A stretch of 64,000 nt of DNA, taken from NCBI GenBank assembly GCA_038496445.1, contig JALMLS010000085.1, forward strand, positions 124,001-188,000, written 5' to 3'. The stretch comes from Trichosphaerium sp. ATCC 40318. Its lineage: Eukaryota > Protista > Tubulinea. Shown here piece after piece: positions 60,486 through 64,000 of the stretch. The translations under genes were made by a program, and so were the position numbers. How positions within the stretch are numbered: the stretch's first letter is position 1; the number at the start of each line of letters is the position of its first letter. The notes beneath the pieces are model-generated. The model ran no database searches. It was given only the letters and a program-made list of their open reading frames with translations, and was not told the origin of the DNA.

Positions 60486-63400
60486 CTGATCAATTCTACT
60501 TTAAGACGCGACGCAGAAGCGAGCATGCATCAGTACAAGCACAACCTCGCTCTATTGATCAAGTTACAACAGAGGATGTGGAAACTATTAGACAGCTGCG
60601 ACGCCGTAAATACGCGTCTACAACATCAAATGACACACGAACGCTAAAAACGTCGTCCAACGACTCAACAACAGGTACATTTTGTAAAAATATACGCTCA
60701 ACAACGCAGCTGGCAGTTCTTTACAACGAAAGCACTTTTTCAAGCATTTTCTAACTGCCACGCAATCAAATGACGTGTTCACCATGTAAATAGATGCCAA
60801 AGCTACTACGACGCCAGTATCACGCCCTACAATACAGCAAGAACCACCAAAACCTACAAAGCCTGAAAAACAAGAGGAACCAGCACCTGTTGTAATAAAA
60901 AATGACACACCAAAACCAGTAGTCGTGGTACGACCCAAAACACCTGAGGAACTGACATCACGTGCCATTGGAATAATCTTCAATGTGACGCTTACAACAC
61001 AACACAAGGTACGTACAAACTTGCGCCTTTTGGCGCATGCCTGTATTGCATTACCTACCTTATTAATACATTAATTAGAAACACCTTAAGCCCGTACTTT
61101 TACCCAATTTGGCTAAAGAACTACCTGGTGGACTATTTGCTGCTGAGAGAGTTGATGACATCTTATTTGAACGTTTGAAGAATAATACCTTGCGACGAGT
61201 AATGGAGTACCTATCAGAGTCTTTCTCACGTATGCAAACAAACAGGGTATGTAAAAGTTTGTCCACAAAACTCTTGTGGAGCACAGGCACAGCACCTTTT
61301 TATTTTCAAAGAATAACTTTGTATTTTTACTGTGCCTTGTCATAAGCTCTTTTTTGCAAACTTTCACCCTTAGTTCGAAGCATTAACTGCAGAGCAACTC
61401 CAACAATGCAAGAATAGTATAATAACAATGTTGGAACTGGCTAGTGGAGGATACTTAGAGTGGGTAGATCAAGCATCTAATCCTGCTATTATTTTTGCAA
61501 GCCTTATCAAGGAGAGAAAGATTAGCAAGTATCTAATAATACAAATGATAACACACTATAAAGTTCAAGAGTCAGAAGGAGGAGAACCTCCAGAGCTCAA
61601 ATTAGTGCGTGTTTTTTTTTGTTATTTCTTGCAATTTTTTCAGCGTTGTCTTACAACTCTTTTGTAGCTTCTTCAGCGAACGTTGGAATGTGTTGCACAA
61701 GAATTAAGACAACAAGATATGTTAGGTCGTTATCAACCACCATTAGATGTATGTGTGAAGTAATCATGATGAGCATCAAACTAACTAAATATAAAATAGG
61801 CCATGTCGTTTTTATTAAACTTTACTGATGTTTGTGATTTTGTAAGTACCCACAACTCTTTAGTTTTTATCTTACTTATTATATTTATAGGCACCACGTA
61901 TGAGTATATGGAGACACCAACAACAACAATTTCTTCCTGGTTGGGAATATCAAACTTTGTTGGGATCATTGTTGCACGTGTCTTGTTTCGACAATGTACG
62001 TTTTCTTTTTGCAATTAATTTTCTGTTTTTGTTCAACTATTCACACCCTTTTTATTATAGGATAAGATAGGTAAATTCTACTTTCCTAATTACCCTATTG
62101 TTGTTGCAAAATATGAGGAAGCAGTAAGAGCCATGAGAAACGAGTGGAGGGTTATAGTAGATAGAGGGTTCAAAGTATGTAAAAACAAATATCTAGCAAA
62201 CAACTTTTTAGCTAAACTGCTTTGTTTAAGACTATAAGAAATTTATTGAGACCTACTGGTACTCGTAAACATACTCTTGACTGGATAGGTGATATGCTAG
62301 TAGCGAACAAGGCAAAGAAAAACGTGCACGTACGTTAAAGTAAAAGTTTGCTCGGATGGATTGATATTCATATTGTTGTAGCTTATGGGCGCTATGGCAA
62401 ATAATAATACAGTATCTTCTGGTATGCTAATTAATGTATGCATTATCATGCTACAATTGGCAAATAATGGCGTTGCTAGAAAACGAGTGGTATTCGAACA
62501 GTTTCCGTTTTGTTCTCTTCAACACTCATACTTTATTTAGGTTGATGCTAAATACTGTCTAAAGACTCGTCACGGTATAAAGTGGGACCAAGAATCTAAA
62601 GTACATGCTCAAGGTGACGAAGAAGAAGTCAAATTCGAAGAAGGTGAGTGCTATTAGTATTCAAGATGGTTTTCTGATTCTGCTTTTAGAAGAGAGCTAT
62701 GGATTCACAACTGAAGCTTTTTTTATGACACACTATGCTATGCATATTGGAGCACTTTCAGCTCTTGATTTATTCAAGGTTTCTGCAAGGAGAATAGCAA
62801 CAATTAAGCAACGTACTCAACAATTAAAGGCACTTCAGTTGGGCGTACGTTATCCTTTTAAACAAAGCGCAATATAGCTCTCTTTATCAACGTGCCTGGT
62901 TAACTCCATTTTGATAGAGTATGGGCAATATGACTTTACGAGCAGAGCTTCAAGGTTTGGCTGTACGAATTATAAAACAACTGCTTTCGTACAGTTCCTT
63001 TGCTTACATTTCATAGCTACAAGAGCAATCAGGTGTACGAAAACAGCTTACTATGGAGGCTATATTATTTGATTCTGGGTTCATACAAACAGCTATGGAC
63101 TTTTACGAACATACAGCAAAATATTTACTTATCATGTTAAATGCTAATGAGTGAGTGCACTGCTTTTTTCGTTTAAGCTAACTTTTCCATTCCAGTAAAC
63201 ACTTGAGTTGTATACCAGAGTTTATCTTCCAAGACTTGGCAAGCTTTGTATCTTTCATGGCATCTTCTGGTCGCTTGAACCTTGTACAACAGATGAGTAA
63301 CATTATAGAACTTATGGTTAAGGTACTACAATCAATCCAAAAAAGTGTTAGTACAGTTACCTGACGTTTTGACAAAGATGATGAGACCTGGTTTCCTCAA

Positions 63401-64000
63401 TAACCCACATTTACGTTCCTTTGGTGCTTCTACTCTACTAGCTCTTGTCAATGGAAAAGATGATGCTAAAATGCGCCAAATGGCTTGGAAAGCACTTACA
63501 ACCACATCTTCCATTTATGTTGACAAGGTACACTTTTTACATCATACAAATAGTAGCGCACTCTTTATTTATTCCCTGTAGATTCTATCCAACCCACAAC
63601 TAACAGAAGAGTTGATTACTAACTTAACACATCTATACGTTGACATTGAAGTCACAGGACGTAAGTCAAACAACTATTTTACAACACCCAACATAAAAAA
63701 CTAAACTTCAACCCGTTTACACTCATATTCACCCTAGGACACAATCAATTTTATGATAAGTTTGAAGTCCGTAAAAACGTAGGTATACTCTTACGCCATG
63801 TACGAAAATACAAAGCATACGGTGACGCTTGGTTATCAATCACAAAGGACTCAAGGTACTTCATATTGAAACGTTCTTACATTTTACAATTTTTTTCCTA
63901 TGACATGCTGGTTTCTAACTAGTTGAGTAATTTAGCTCTAATAAGTTGCTCCTTGGGTTTGTTGATAAGCTTATGAATGATTGCACGTATATACTTGATG
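60486..64000 (+). CDS. UFD2: Ubiquitin conjugation factor E4 (Ufd2/UBE4), runs off window end; start not resolved
   Basis: YGFTTEAFFMT, CIPEFIFQDL, FLNNPHLRS, LYVDIEVTG..NQFYDKFEVR and FVDKLMNDCTYILD match the Ufd2 core. Confidence 0.88.

Noticed and set aside
1-64000. CRISPR array, rRNA, spliceosomal snRNA genes, reassigned stop codons
   Set aside because: No repeat-spacer array or rRNA/snRNA signatures seen; conserved exons are stop-free and TAA, TAG and TGA all end genes

Overview
AT-rich, gene-dense, intron-rich nuclear DNA from a protist. It is most likely an amoebozoan (inference from GTACG/GTGCG donor sites, U12-type introns, a GbpC/D-like cNMP-GRAM-cNMP module and giant-virus-like F-box/MORN genes). 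The standard genetic code fits the exons I spliced by eye. Conserved genes are an AhpD-like peroxidase, a STE20-family kinase, importin-11, an LRR protein, SHPRH, a DH-PH-MORN-cNMP-GRAM-cNMP RhoGEF, a sirtuin, ataxin-2/Pbp1, Ufd2/UBE4 and a tRNA-Arg(ACG). Accessory content includes a 242-aa intron-bearing orphan with motif-level resemblance to phenuivirus nucleoprotein, a repeat+PD-(D/E)XK nuclease, two F-box-like genes, a frameshifted GH5 cellulase pseudogene, a secreted CxxxC-repeat peptide precursor, a UBA+NYN/PIN protein, an intronless Bacteroidetes-type ricin-B lectin, a CUE-BTB-BTB-TULIP protein and a ~1.1-kb TA-flanked TIR element. Splicing is notable: two U12-type introns, several GC-AG introns, and about half of the counted donors have C at +4. 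Gene spans are manual splice reconstructions and termini may be slightly off; no database searches were run.
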